From a virus, in the IMG/VR virus record IMGVR_UViG_3300049171_000092, positions 1-64,000 of that record: DNA of 64,000 bases, one strand, 5' to 3'. Both the position numbers and the translations under genes were made by a program. Below are positions 17,317 to 24,854 of this stretch, in pieces. The notes beneath the pieces were generated by a model that was given only the letters and a program-made list of their open reading frames with translations, did no database searches and was not told the DNA's origin. Every line of letters begins with the position of its first letter. The stretch's first letter is position 1.

Positions 17317-17682
17317 ATGCTTCTACATGTGGATGACCTTGCGCGCTTGATCACCAGAGTGATGGACGAGAAGGGATGGACACTGTCCACCCTCGCCCGG
17401 CGCTCAGGCCTGTCCACCTCCACCCTGCACAGCTGGAAGAACGGCGACCGCGCGACAGGCAGCCGAGGGCCCAGCCCCGACAAGCTCCGCCAACTCGCCA
17501 ACGGCGCCGAACTTCCCGTCGCCACCGTCTTCGAAGCCGCCGGCCGCCACGTCCCCACGGCCATCGACGACGAAGAAGAGCGCCGCTTCCTCCACCTCTA
17601 CCGCTCCCTGGACGGCCAGGACCGCCGGGTGATCGAGGCGACGATGCAGGCGATGCGAGAGCGGCAGAAGTCCACCCCCTGA
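17317..17682 (+). CDS. cI-like XRE-family HTH repressor
   Basis: MDEKGWTLSTLARRSGLSTSTLHSWKNG HTH. ATG 17317 is in frame within track ORF 17122..17682. Confidence 0.7.
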   Translation: MLLHVDDLARLITRVMDEKGWTLSTLARRSGLSTSTLHSWKNGDRATGSRGPSPDKLRQLANGAELPVATVFEAAGRHVPTAIDDEEERRFLHLYRSLDGQDRRVIEATMQAMRERQKSTP

Positions 17683-17851
17683 CGAAGATTCACTCGATCG
17701 GCGTACAACCATCCGCGAAGTTCGGTTCCCGCCTCACCGATCCCGCACGGGCGCTTCACTAACGGTAGTTGTCAGTTGTAACGTCGAAGCTCCGCCGTAC
17801 CTCCACCTGCGGCCGGGAACGCAAGCCAGTTCATGGGCTCATGGGGGTCGT

Positions 17852-18115
17852 ATGTGCGCAATCGTGATCGTGGAGGACTTCGTCCCGATCGCGCCGCGGT
17901 GGGACAGAGACCGAGTCGCAATCGTCGTCGGCCAGGGACTCGACTACTTCGGCACGCTGCAGCAAGTCCGGGCCATGCTCGCCTACCTGGGCGCCCCACA
18001 GATAGATTCCGGCGCCACATGCTGGTGCGGCGAGTACATAGAGGTGCCCCGGGACCGTCGAGTCCCGCGACAGATCACCATGCCCTTGCAGAAGGAGGTC
18101 TGGCATGCCCCGTAA
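17852..18115 (+). CDS. Hypothetical protein upstream of int
   Basis: 87-aa track ORF with moderately high GC3. Its 3' end carries the AAGGAGG SD for int. Confidence 0.4.
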   Translation: MCAIVIVEDFVPIAPRWDRDRVAIVVGQGLDYFGTLQQVRAMLAYLGAPQIDSGATCWCGEYIEVPRDRRVPRQITMPLQKEVWHAP

Positions 18116-19388
18116 GGCTGCCAACAACCCCAGGCAGATCTGCATCAAGTCCTGCGGCTGCAAGACGTGCACGGCCAGGTTCAGGCCCGGCGAGGAACCG
18201 ACCCGGAAGACCTGCACAGGACCGTGGCAGGCCCGCTACCGCGACCCGTCCGGTAAGCAGCGCGCGAAGACGTTCTCCGGCGAAGGAGCGAAAAGAAAGG
18301 CCGAGGCGTTCCTCGACAAGACCCGCGACAAGGTCCGCAGCGGCAGCTTCGTCGACCTGGACCGCGGCAAGGTCACGGTCGCCGAGTGGTACGAGAAGTG
18401 GCGGCCGACCCGCCGCATCGCCGCCAACACGACCGAGACCGCCACCAGCGTCTGGACGAACCACGTCGAGCCGGCGTTCGGGGCGTGGCCACTCACCTCG
18501 ATCGGCCACCTCGACGTCGAAGCATGGGTGGCTCGGCTGGACACGAAGGTCGGCAGGGCCACCATCGAGAAAGCATTCCGGATGCTCGACGGGATGATGA
18601 CGGCCGCGGTCCGCGACCGGCGCATCCCCCACAACCCGTGCGACGGAGTGAAGCTGCCGAAGGGGCAGCCGAAGCACCCCGACGACCTCATGCCGCCCAC
18701 CTACGACCAGCTGGCCGAGATCCGCGGCGAGTTCCCCGAGCACTACCATCCGATGCTGATCGTGGCAGAGGAGACGGGGCTGCGCTGGGGTGAGCTGGTG
18801 GGCCTGCGACGCTGCTGGGTGGACCTCGACGGGGCCGCCCTCCAGGTCCGGGAAACCATCATCCAGGTGGGCGGCAAGCCGCAGCGCAAGGCCTACCCGA
18901 AGTCGGCGGCCGGCTGCCGCACGGTTCCCCTGTCGGACCGGGCCCGGCGTGCTTTGAAGGCTCACCTGGACGCGCACCCCGCTGCTGCCACCCGTACCGC
19001 TGTGAGTAGCGGTATGCATCCCGAGGAGCTGGTGTTCCGGTCCCCGTGGGCCGGCAAGAAGGTGAAGGGGCGGCCTCCCTTCGACGGGGTGCTCGAGCGG
19101 GCGAACTTCTGGTTGAAGTGGAACCGTGCCACGGAGAGCACGGGGATCGCGCGGCAGGTGGAGAACAGGGCCACGGGGCGGATCGAGCGGTGGCCGCACT
19201 TCCACGACATCCGGCACGCGTTCGCGTCGCGGCTGCACTCACTGGGGATTCCGGAGGCGGACGCGCAGCGGATCCTGGGGCACGAGCGGGGCGGGCGGAT
19301 CACGTGGCTGTACACGCATGCGTCGGCGGACTCGGTGTCGGCGGTGCGGGATGCGCTGGATCAGGGGCGGCTGCGGAGGGTGGTGTGA
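18105..19388 (+). CDS. int: Tyrosine integrase
   Basis: C-terminal catalytic pattern: ...RWGE..GLR...HDIRHAFASRL...ILGHERGGRITWLYTH (R, H-x-x-R, H, Y). Confidence 0.93.
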   Translation: MPRKAANNPRQICIKSCGCKTCTARFRPGEEPTRKTCTGPWQARYRDPSGKQRAKTFSGEGAKRKAEAFLDKTRDKVRSGSFVDLDRGKVTVAEWYEKWRPTRRIAANTTETATSVWTNHVEPAFGAWPLTSIGHLDVEAWVARLDTKVGRATIEKAFRMLDGMMTAAVRDRRIPHNPCDGVKLPKGQPKHPDDLMPPTYDQLAEIRGEFPEHYHPMLIVAEETGLRWGELVGLRRCWVDLDGAALQVRETIIQVGGKPQRKAYPKSAAGCRTVPLSDRARRALKAHLDAHPAAATRTAVSSGMHPEELVFRSPWAGKKVKGRPPFDGVLERANFWLKWNRATESTGIARQVENRATGRIERWPHFHDIRHAFASRLHSLGIPEADAQRILGHERGGRITWLYTHASADSVSAVRDALDQGRLRRVV

Positions 19389-19396
19389 AGGTCCGC

Positions 19397-19419
19397 GTGG
19401 AGTCCACAACCCGTCCACA
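19397..19419 (+). repeat. Left copy of the att-flanking repeat GTGGAGTCCACAACCCGTCCACA
   Basis: Palindrome GTGGA-G-TCCAC followed by CCCGTCCACA. Partner copy at 19752-19775. Confidence 0.6.
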
Positions 19420-19512
19420 CCACCATGTCAACTCACATCTACTTACATCAGAAAGTGGTGTGTCTGGGATGTGTGGTGACCTGGGCTTTCACCGACTGCG
19501 AGTCGTCCACCA

Positions 19513-19746
19513 GTGTGGAAGATCCGTCCGCATCGGCAGTCCATTTTCCGGGTCACGGAGATCGTCGGCACCTCGCCCGACGGCGTCGACCAGGCGGTAC
19601 GCAACGGCCTCGACCGCGCGTCGCAGACCCTGCGCAACCTCGACTGGTTCGAGGTGACCCAGGTGCGCGGCCAGATCGAGAACGGGCGGGTCGCCCACTA
19701 CCAGGTGGGCCTGAAGGTCGGTTTCCGCCTGGAGGACACGGACTGA
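19513..19746 (+). CDS. Dodecin-family (Rv1498A-like) protein with a non-canonical N-terminus
   Basis: FRVTEIVGTSPDGVDQAVRNGLDRASQTLRNLDWFEVTQVRGQIENGRVAHYQVGLKVGFRLED. GTG start with a 9-residue atypical extension. Confidence 0.75.
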   Translation: MWKIRPHRQSIFRVTEIVGTSPDGVDQAVRNGLDRASQTLRNLDWFEVTQVRGQIENGRVAHYQVGLKVGFRLEDTD

Positions 19747-19751
19747 GCCAG

Positions 19752-19775
19752 GTGGAAATCCACATCCCGTCCACA
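19752..19775 (+). repeat. Right copy of the att-flanking repeat GTGGAAATCCACATCCCGTCCACA
   Basis: Palindrome GTGGA-AA-TCCAC followed by CCCGTCCACA. Confidence 0.6.
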
Positions 19776-20003
19776 ACGCGCCAGGAGTCCACCCACCCGC
19801 AAGAAGGACGATTCGAGCGGGCCATTCCATTGCAGCCCGCATCCAGTTAGCCTGTGGATCACCTGGGGAGGGATAGCGCCTCGTGCGCGGCCCTCAGACG
19901 CACCCCCACGCGTGTACCGGTGGGGAACAGGGGGTGGAGCCTCGACTCCGCCGGAGACGGCCCCCGCCGGGATTCTCGGCGGGGGCCGCTGCCGTGGACA
20001 GTA

Positions 20004-20046
20004 GACCGCCCCCGCGACGCGTGTCGTGGGGGCGGTCGCCCTTTTT
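20004..20046 (+). terminator. Rho-independent terminator
   Basis: GACCGCCCCCGCGAC gcgt GTCGTGGGGGCGGTC, then GCCCTTTTTG. Confidence 0.7.
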
Positions 20047-20253
20047 GCGGTTCCGTGATGAGCGAGCGGCGGCCGGCGGACGCACCTACGCACGGCCGCC
20101 GCTCGTGCGTCCGCCGCTCCCCCGGGGGATAGGTTGCGACGGACCGGAGGCCTGCTCTTGGTCGGGGAGCAGGCTGGTCTCAGAGGGCCATGATCGAAAA
20201 GTGCCTCAAATCTGCTGCTGACTTATGATCTTGGTCGGTAAACGGTTGGTCGG

Positions 20254-20484
20254 GTGCCAGCCGATCTACCCGAGTGGGTCCCTCAGGCCCGCCGGGCCGT
20301 CGGCGACCGCATCCGCGTGCGGCGCCTGCACCAGAACATGACCCAGGAGGCCCTCGCTCACGCGAGCGGCCTGGACCGGTCGACGGTCCAGCGGATGGAA
20401 GCCGGTCACGAGATGAAGCTCAGCCACTTGCTGCTGATCGCTCACGCCTTGCGGGTACACGTCACCGACCTCTTTCACGGTTGA
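20254..20484 (+). CDS. XRE-family HTH regulator
   Basis: LHQNMTQEALAHASGLDRSTVQRMEAG HTH. GTG start. Confidence 0.7.
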   Translation: MPADLPEWVPQARRAVGDRIRVRRLHQNMTQEALAHASGLDRSTVQRMEAGHEMKLSHLLLIAHALRVHVTDLFHG

Positions 20485-20665
20485 TTGCGCCGCCATGGCC
20501 GATTTTTGACTGGGTCGTTGATCAAAATTCAACATCAGACTGATCAGTAACGGAAGTAACTGCGCTACGCATTTACATGCGGAACGTGAGCGTCTACTAC
20601 GTTTCCGTTACCGATCGTCAAGGCTTTGGCCTGCGCCTTCCTCGCGGGCAACAGTCAGCGCCTCT

Positions 20666-20911
20666 TCATTGCCTGCGAGGCGATGCCTTGCCGGCCAGCT
20701 GGTCGAGGGCCGCGGTCGCGAGGACTCGCCAGGCGCGATGCAACTCGGTCCCGAGGTCGCAGTTGCCGTCGATGTCGCGGCAGTCGATGCAGCGGGTGGC
20801 GTGGCGGGTGTAGCTCGCGTATGCCTCCTGTACCGGTGACAGGCGGGTGGCTGCGGCGATGGCCGGCGGGCGTCTTTCCGCTGCGGGCGGGGTGTCCGTA
20901 GGCTCGTCCAC
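20666..20911 (-). CDS. Hypothetical protein
   Basis: 81-aa track ORF. Confidence 0.5.
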   Translation of the reverse strand: MDEPTDTPPAAERRPPAIAAATRLSPVQEAYASYTRHATRCIDCRDIDGNCDLGTELHRAWRVLATAALDQLAGKASPRRQ

Positions 20912-21015
20912 GTCGACGCTCCGTTCGTCGGCTGCCTCCGGGGTGGCGGGCCACGCTCCCCGGGGGCTCTTGCTGCGTGCAATTGCAGGCTACGCCGACT
21001 TGTATCGGCCTGTCT

Positions 21016-21027
21016 CGATACGTATCG
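21016..21027. promoter_or_regulatory. Perfect palindrome CGATACGTATCG (GntR-type operator candidate)
   Basis: Lies about 50 nt upstream of the mini-GntR gene. Further (T/C)GTATC copies at 21001, 21021 and 21031. Confidence 0.55.
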
Positions 21028-21077
21028 ACTCGTATCCCAAGGTGCCGGTCTGTAGCGCCCTGCCTAGCGTCGCGTTC

Positions 21078-21344
21078 ATGGCCACTGACCCGGATGCCGA
21101 GATCGACCACGAGGGGCCCATCACCCCGTATCGGCAGCTCGCTGACATCTTGAAGGCGCGGATCGCGCGCGGGGACTGGGCGGAGGGCCGGCCGATCGCG
21201 TCGGAGACCAGGCTGGTGCAGGAGTACGGGCTGGCCCGGTCTACGGTCCGGCGGGCGCTGGATCTCCTCGTCGAGGAGCAGATCGTGTGGAAGGTGCAGG
21301 GCCGCGGCACCTACGTGGGTCAGCCGCCAGCCGGCGACTCGTAG
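21078..21344 (+). CDS. GntR-family winged-helix regulator, DNA-binding domain only (88 aa)
   Basis: PYRQLADILKARIARGDW..GRPIASETRLVQEYGLARSTVRRALDLLVEEQIVWKVQGRGTYV. Confidence 0.7.
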   Translation: MATDPDAEIDHEGPITPYRQLADILKARIARGDWAEGRPIASETRLVQEYGLARSTVRRALDLLVEEQIVWKVQGRGTYVGQPPAGDS

Positions 21345-21377
21345 CCGCTGTCAGACGGCGCGGCTACGCTGATCGCC

Positions 21378-21557
21378 ATGTCCTCTCCTCTCCCGCCTTC
21401 GGGCGTCGCGCGGCCTGCCGCGGTGGTGGATGCGGAGATCCGTGCGCTGCTGGTGGCGACGGGCGGCTGGCTGTGGGGGCCGACCCGGGAGCGGTACGAG
21501 CGGCTGCGGGACGAGTGGGTGGAGGCCGTGCGCGGGGAGATGGCGACGGCGGCGTAG
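21378..21557 (+). CDS. Possible 59-aa protein
   Basis: Below the track cutoff. ATG...TAG with very high GC3. Followed by the hairpin at 21570. Confidence 0.4.
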   Translation: MSSPLPPSGVARPAAVVDAEIRALLVATGGWLWGPTRERYERLRDEWVEAVRGEMATAA

Positions 21558-21569
21558 GCTGACGTGCGA

Positions 21570-21602
21570 GCGCCCCCGCCTGCTTACCTCAGGCGGGGGC
21601 GC
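21570..21602. terminator. Bidirectional terminator
   Basis: GCGCCCCCGCCTG cttacct CAGGCGGGGGCGC between convergent operons. Confidence 0.65.
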
Positions 21603-21625
21603 TTCTGCGTGCGGGGGTCAGGCCC

Positions 21626-21778
21626 TCACTTCTCGCTGTCGCGGTCGGCGGCGGCCTCGTCGATGACCTGTTGCGCTTCGCCCAGGGTCATGGCGTGCTG
21701 GTCGCCGGGCTGGGCGATGACGATCTGCGGGCTGGTCTCGTCGGTCCAGTCGACGTCGTAACGACGCTGCTCGGGCAT
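21626..21778 (-). CDS. Mini-protein (50 aa) ending ...SEK
   Basis: ATG 21776-21778. Shares the gene-end motif GAGAAGTGAGG. Confidence 0.5.
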   Translation of the reverse strand: MPEQRRYDVDWTDETSPQIVIAQPGDQHAMTLGEAQQVIDEAAADRDSEK

Positions 21779-21789
21779 GGTTGGTGTCC

Positions 21790-21960
21790 TCACTTCTCGG
21801 TGGTGCGGTCGGTGGCTTCGATCTGGTCGGCCTCGGCGCGGAGGGCAGCTGCCTTCTCCAGCCACATCCGCTCGTCGTCGGTGCGCGGGCCGGCGGTGAC
21901 CGGAGGCACGCGGCTTTCCAGCTCGGCGGCACGGGCGCGGAGATCGGTCGGATTGCTCAT
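21790..21960 (-). CDS. Mini-protein (56 aa) ending ...TEK
   Basis: ATG 21958-21960. 3' end is ACCGAGAAGTGAGGACACCAACC, followed by ATG. Confidence 0.5.
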   Translation of the reverse strand: MSNPTDLRARAAELESRVPPVTAGPRTDDERMWLEKAAALRAEADQIEATDRTTEK

Positions 21961-21971
21961 GGTGGGTGCCC

Positions 21972-22151
21972 TCACTTCTCGGTGGCGGCCTGGTTGGGGG
22001 TGACCCATTCGAGCAGGCTGTGGAGCTTGTCGCTGGGCTGGCTGACCTTGCTGACCCAGATCTGCCCGAGGTCGTCACGGACGGCTGCCGCCTCCTGGGC
22101 AGACATCTTCACGGTCACGGTGCCGTCGCTCTCGATGCTCACGATCTCCAT
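21972..22151 (-). CDS. Mini-protein (59 aa) ending ...TEK
   Basis: ATG 22149-22151. 3' end is ACCGAGAAGTGAGGGCACCCACC, followed by ATG. Confidence 0.5.
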   Translation of the reverse strand: MEIVSIESDGTVTVKMSAQEAAAVRDDLGQIWVSKVSQPSDKLHSLLEWVTPNQAATEK

Positions 22152-22153
22152 GC

Positions 22154-22336
22154 TTAGCTCTCCTCTTCCACGTTCCACCAGGCGTTGACGTTGTTGGAGA
22201 CGTGGACGTCGAGCACCTCGTCCGCCCACTGCCTCTGCTCTTCGGGACTCATCCCGTCCCAGTCGTCGGGCAGCGCGATGTCGGCCTCATCCTTGGAGCC
22301 GCCCATTTCGACGCCAACCTTCAGCACCTTCGCCAT
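22154..22336 (-). CDS. Acidic mini-protein (60 aa)
   Basis: ATG 22334-22336 with a GGGAGGA SD. First gene of the mini-gene operon. Confidence 0.55.
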   Translation of the reverse strand: MAKVLKVGVEMGGSKDEADIALPDDWDGMSPEEQRQWADEVLDVHVSNNVNAWWNVEEES

Positions 22337-22354
22337 TTTTCCTCCCTGATCAAA

Positions 22355-22368
22355 GGTGGTTAACCACC
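22355..22368. promoter_or_regulatory. Perfect 14-bp palindrome GGTGGTTAACCACC
   Basis: In the divergent intergenic region. Partner palindrome at 22392-22405. Confidence 0.65.
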
Positions 22369-22391
22369 TACATGTTCGCACTCCGTAGACA

Positions 22392-22405
22392 GGTGGTCAA
22401 CCACC
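22392..22405. promoter_or_regulatory. Near-identical palindrome GGTGGTCAACCACC
   Basis: 37 bp from the first palindrome (start to start). Confidence 0.65.
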
Positions 22406-22421
22406 CCGGCATGATTGCCCC

Positions 22422-22625
22422 ATGGTGAATCAGCACCGGGAGAAGCTGCGCGGAGTACGCGGCGTCGACGACCAGCTCTGGGCCGACTTTGGAGACGCCT
22501 CTGCGCGCGCGGACAGCGACCGGTCAGCCGAGCTTCGTCGCTTCATGGAGTGGTACGTCCGCCGCCACGGAGCCGAACACCCACGTCGCCCAGCCCCGCC
22601 TGAGTCGACCGACAACCCGGCGTAG
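22422..22625 (+). CDS. Small regulator-like protein (possible ribbon-helix-helix)
   Basis: GVDDQLWADFGDA...DRSAELRRFMEWYV resembles RHH beta-alpha-alpha. Adjacent to the palindromes. Confidence 0.45.
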   Translation: MVNQHREKLRGVRGVDDQLWADFGDASARADSDRSAELRRFMEWYVRRHGAEHPRRPAPPESTDNPA

Positions 22626-22634
22626 GATCCGCCC

Positions 22635-22838
22635 GTGGCTGACTACGACTTCCCCGACGACCTGCTGGAGCTGGAACGATCCGCCTGGGCTGCGATCCAG
22701 GATGGCACCCTCACCGTCGACCAAGCCGACGCCGTGCAGGCCGGGATCACCGCCTACGCCGAAGCCGCGCGCCTCGACCGGTACAAGGTGGAGATGGCGT
22801 TGAAGCGGGCCGTTCGGCACGCGGAGGCGACGGGCTAG
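22635..22838 (+). CDS. Hypothetical small protein
   Basis: 67-aa track ORF, GTG start. Confidence 0.5.
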   Translation: MADYDFPDDLLELERSAWAAIQDGTLTVDQADAVQAGITAYAEAARLDRYKVEMALKRAVRHAEATG

Positions 22839-23218
22839 AGGTCGCGCCAGCTCTCCGGATAGTGCGGGCGCTCACGTCGGATCTCCCGCCACGCCTCGTC
22901 CAGCTCGGCAGTCCGCCGCTCCTCGGCAGCCCGCACCTTCACCCGCTCGCGCGCCAGAACATCCCGCTCCTCGGCAGTCAGCGGCGCGGCACGATGCTTG
23001 TACAGGTAGGCGCCGTCGTCCGCGATCCGCGGTCGACCGTTCTCCCGCAACGGCTCGTACTCAGCTGCCCGCGTCGGCGTAGGCTCCAACGAGCTGGCGA
23101 ACAGTTCACTGATTGGCGGCGCGAGCGGGATCAGGTAGAGCGGCGGGGGCACGGCATCGGGGATCGCGTAGGTGCGGCCATCGGCGGGACCGCCCAAGAA
23201 CCTGATCTCAATACTCAC
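22835..23218 (-). CDS. Hypothetical protein
   Basis: 127-aa track ORF. Confidence 0.6.
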   Translation of the reverse strand: MSIEIRFLGGPADGRTYAIPDAVPPPLYLIPLAPPISELFASSLEPTPTRAAEYEPLRENGRPRIADDGAYLYKHRAAPLTAEERDVLARERVKVRAAEERRTAELDEAWREIRRERPHYPESWRDL

Positions 23219-23478
23219 GGCCGCCTCCCAAAGGCACGTTCGACCTCACCGCCGATGTCGATCAAGCCTCGACGCACCGCCTCCGCGACGGCGTCAGCAT
23301 CCGTGCTGGCACCCAACGCCACACGCACATTGCCCATGATCTGCCCTACCCGACTACCGGTTACGCCAAGGACGGCGCCGATCTCGCGGTACGTCCAGCC
23401 GTAAGCGCGCCGCTGGAGGATCTCCTCCGATCGCAGCCCGAGACGCACCTCTGGCTCCTCTGCATGTGTCGCGTCCAT
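23215..23478 (-). CDS. LuxR / sigma-70 region-4-type HTH protein
   Basis: EILQRRAYGWTYREIGAVLGVTGSRVGQIMGNV. ATG 23476-23478 with a GAGGAGG SD. Confidence 0.6.
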   Translation of the reverse strand: MDATHAEEPEVRLGLRSEEILQRRAYGWTYREIGAVLGVTGSRVGQIMGNVRVALGASTDADAVAEAVRRGLIDIGGEVERAFGRRP

Positions 23479-23676
23479 GAGCCTCCTCTCAGCGGCCCAA
23501 GACTGATGCGCGCTGGCCCGAGGGGGCAACCATCCCGCACTTCCGCGGCTCCCTTATAGCCCGACACCTGACAGCAGAGCGCCCCGCCTGCGTGACCAGA
23601 CGGGGCGGCCTCAGCACTGCGCCAGCATGGGCTGATAGTGGAACCAGCCTACGACCCGCCGCCGACAACGCCGAGG

Positions 23677-24033
23677 TTAGACGTACCGGCCGGGACCCCA
23701 CTCCTGCGACGACCCCGGGCACGGTCCGCCAGCCCACTGCGAGTGCGGATGACGGCAGCGGGTGCAGCGCTGCACTCCGTCGTCCCCGTACCGGAAGTCG
23801 TGCTCATCATCACGCGTCGACAGGCGGTACTCGCCGACGGGATACGGAGTGATCTCCCCGGTTACGCCGTCCATGTGAAAGTTCGGACGCCACCCCTTCG
23901 CGTTCTCCCGAAGCCTCGCGAACGCCTCGCCCATCGGGCGCAGGCACTCCAGCTCCACGACAGGCGGGTCCTGGTAGTGGCGGCCGGCTTGCCGCAGTGC
24001 GCGGTCGACATTCGGGTACGGGCGGTAGCTCAC
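23677..24033 (-). CDS. Hypothetical protein
   Basis: 118-aa track ORF. Confidence 0.55.
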   Translation of the reverse strand: MSYRPYPNVDRALRQAGRHYQDPPVVELECLRPMGEAFARLRENAKGWRPNFHMDGVTGEITPYPVGEYRLSTRDDEHDFRYGDDGVQRCTRCRHPHSQWAGGPCPGSSQEWGPGRYV

Positions 24034-24221
24034 AACTGCCCCCCGTAGAGGATGTCCAGTTCGTCGTCGAGCGCCGTCAGCTCCGGATGGTCGCCGAACA
24101 GAATCACGTCCTGGATCTGGTGGACGGCTGCAACGAACTGCCCCTGGATCGCCTGGATACCCCTGAGTCGCTCCGTCATCTCCGCCGCCAGCCTTCCCAG
24201 GTCCGACTGTTCAGCCGCCAT
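24030..24221 (-). CDS. Hypothetical small protein
   Basis: 63-aa track ORF, ATGA-type coupling. Confidence 0.5.
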   Translation of the reverse strand: MAAEQSDLGRLAAEMTERLRGIQAIQGQFVAAVHQIQDVILFGDHPELTALDDELDILYGGQL

Positions 24222-24257
24222 ACCGCCTCCTCCGCTCCCCGCCAGGATGGCAGAGGC

Positions 24258-24452
24258 TCACGTCCGCTCGGGCCACTCCGTCAACGTCTCGCCCGTCTCC
24301 TCGTCGACGAGGGTGACCCGCGCGCCGGGCTTGCCCCACTCCCCCACCCAGGTCTTGAACTTCCCGCGGGCCACCGCTTCCGACGCCCACCAGCCTTGTG
24401 CGACCGGGCGGCCGGCGGAGGTGAGGGTGAGGTGGAAGCGGGCGGGGTGCAT
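24258..24452 (-). CDS. Hypothetical small protein
   Basis: 64-aa track ORF. Confidence 0.5.
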   Translation of the reverse strand: MHPARFHLTLTSAGRPVAQGWWASEAVARGKFKTWVGEWGKPGARVTLVDEETGETLTEWPERT

Positions 24453-24672
24453 ACGGTCACCCTACGGGCAGCCGCATGGCCTCCCGTGGGGAGGAGCCGG
24501 GAGGTGCGGCGGGCCCTGCCGCATCGGCGACGCACGGCAGGGCCCGAGAGGGGAGTCATCACCTGGGGGGAGGTGCGTGATCCCGTGCGCACCACCATGC
24601 ACCATGATTCAGCCACGCAACAGGGGTCGGCTGGAAATCTTCGCTGTCAGTGCCACCAGGCATGATGCCCGC

Positions 24673-24846
24673 ATGCAGAACTTCGCCTTGCTCTGGACCG
24701 CCCCCGACGGCCGGCCGCGCGCATCCGCCGTCGCCTACGACAAACCCTCCGCTGACGAACGCCGCGCCGAGCTTGAGGACGCCGGCTGTACCGACATAGA
24801 GGTCGTGCCCGTCAAGCCCGGCCAGCTCCCCGAACCGCGGGCCTGA
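24673..24846 (+). CDS. Possible 57-aa protein
   Basis: ATG 24673 in frame at the end of a long shadow ORF. High GC3. Followed by a perfect hairpin. Confidence 0.4.
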   Translation: MQNFALLWTAPDGRPRASAVAYDKPSADERRAELEDAGCTDIEVVPVKPGQLPEPRA

Positions 24847-24854
24847 ACACGCGC

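Noticed and set aside
19389-20250. tRNA gene as the integration target next to int
   Set aside because: I found no cloverleaf and no GTTCRANYC-type T-loop on either side of int. The dodecin 5' end is the better att candidate.
22422-22838. Toxin-antitoxin pair (RHH-like gene plus downstream small gene)
   Set aside because: The downstream 67-aa protein shows no recognisable toxin motif, so the call is left as regulator plus hypothetical protein.
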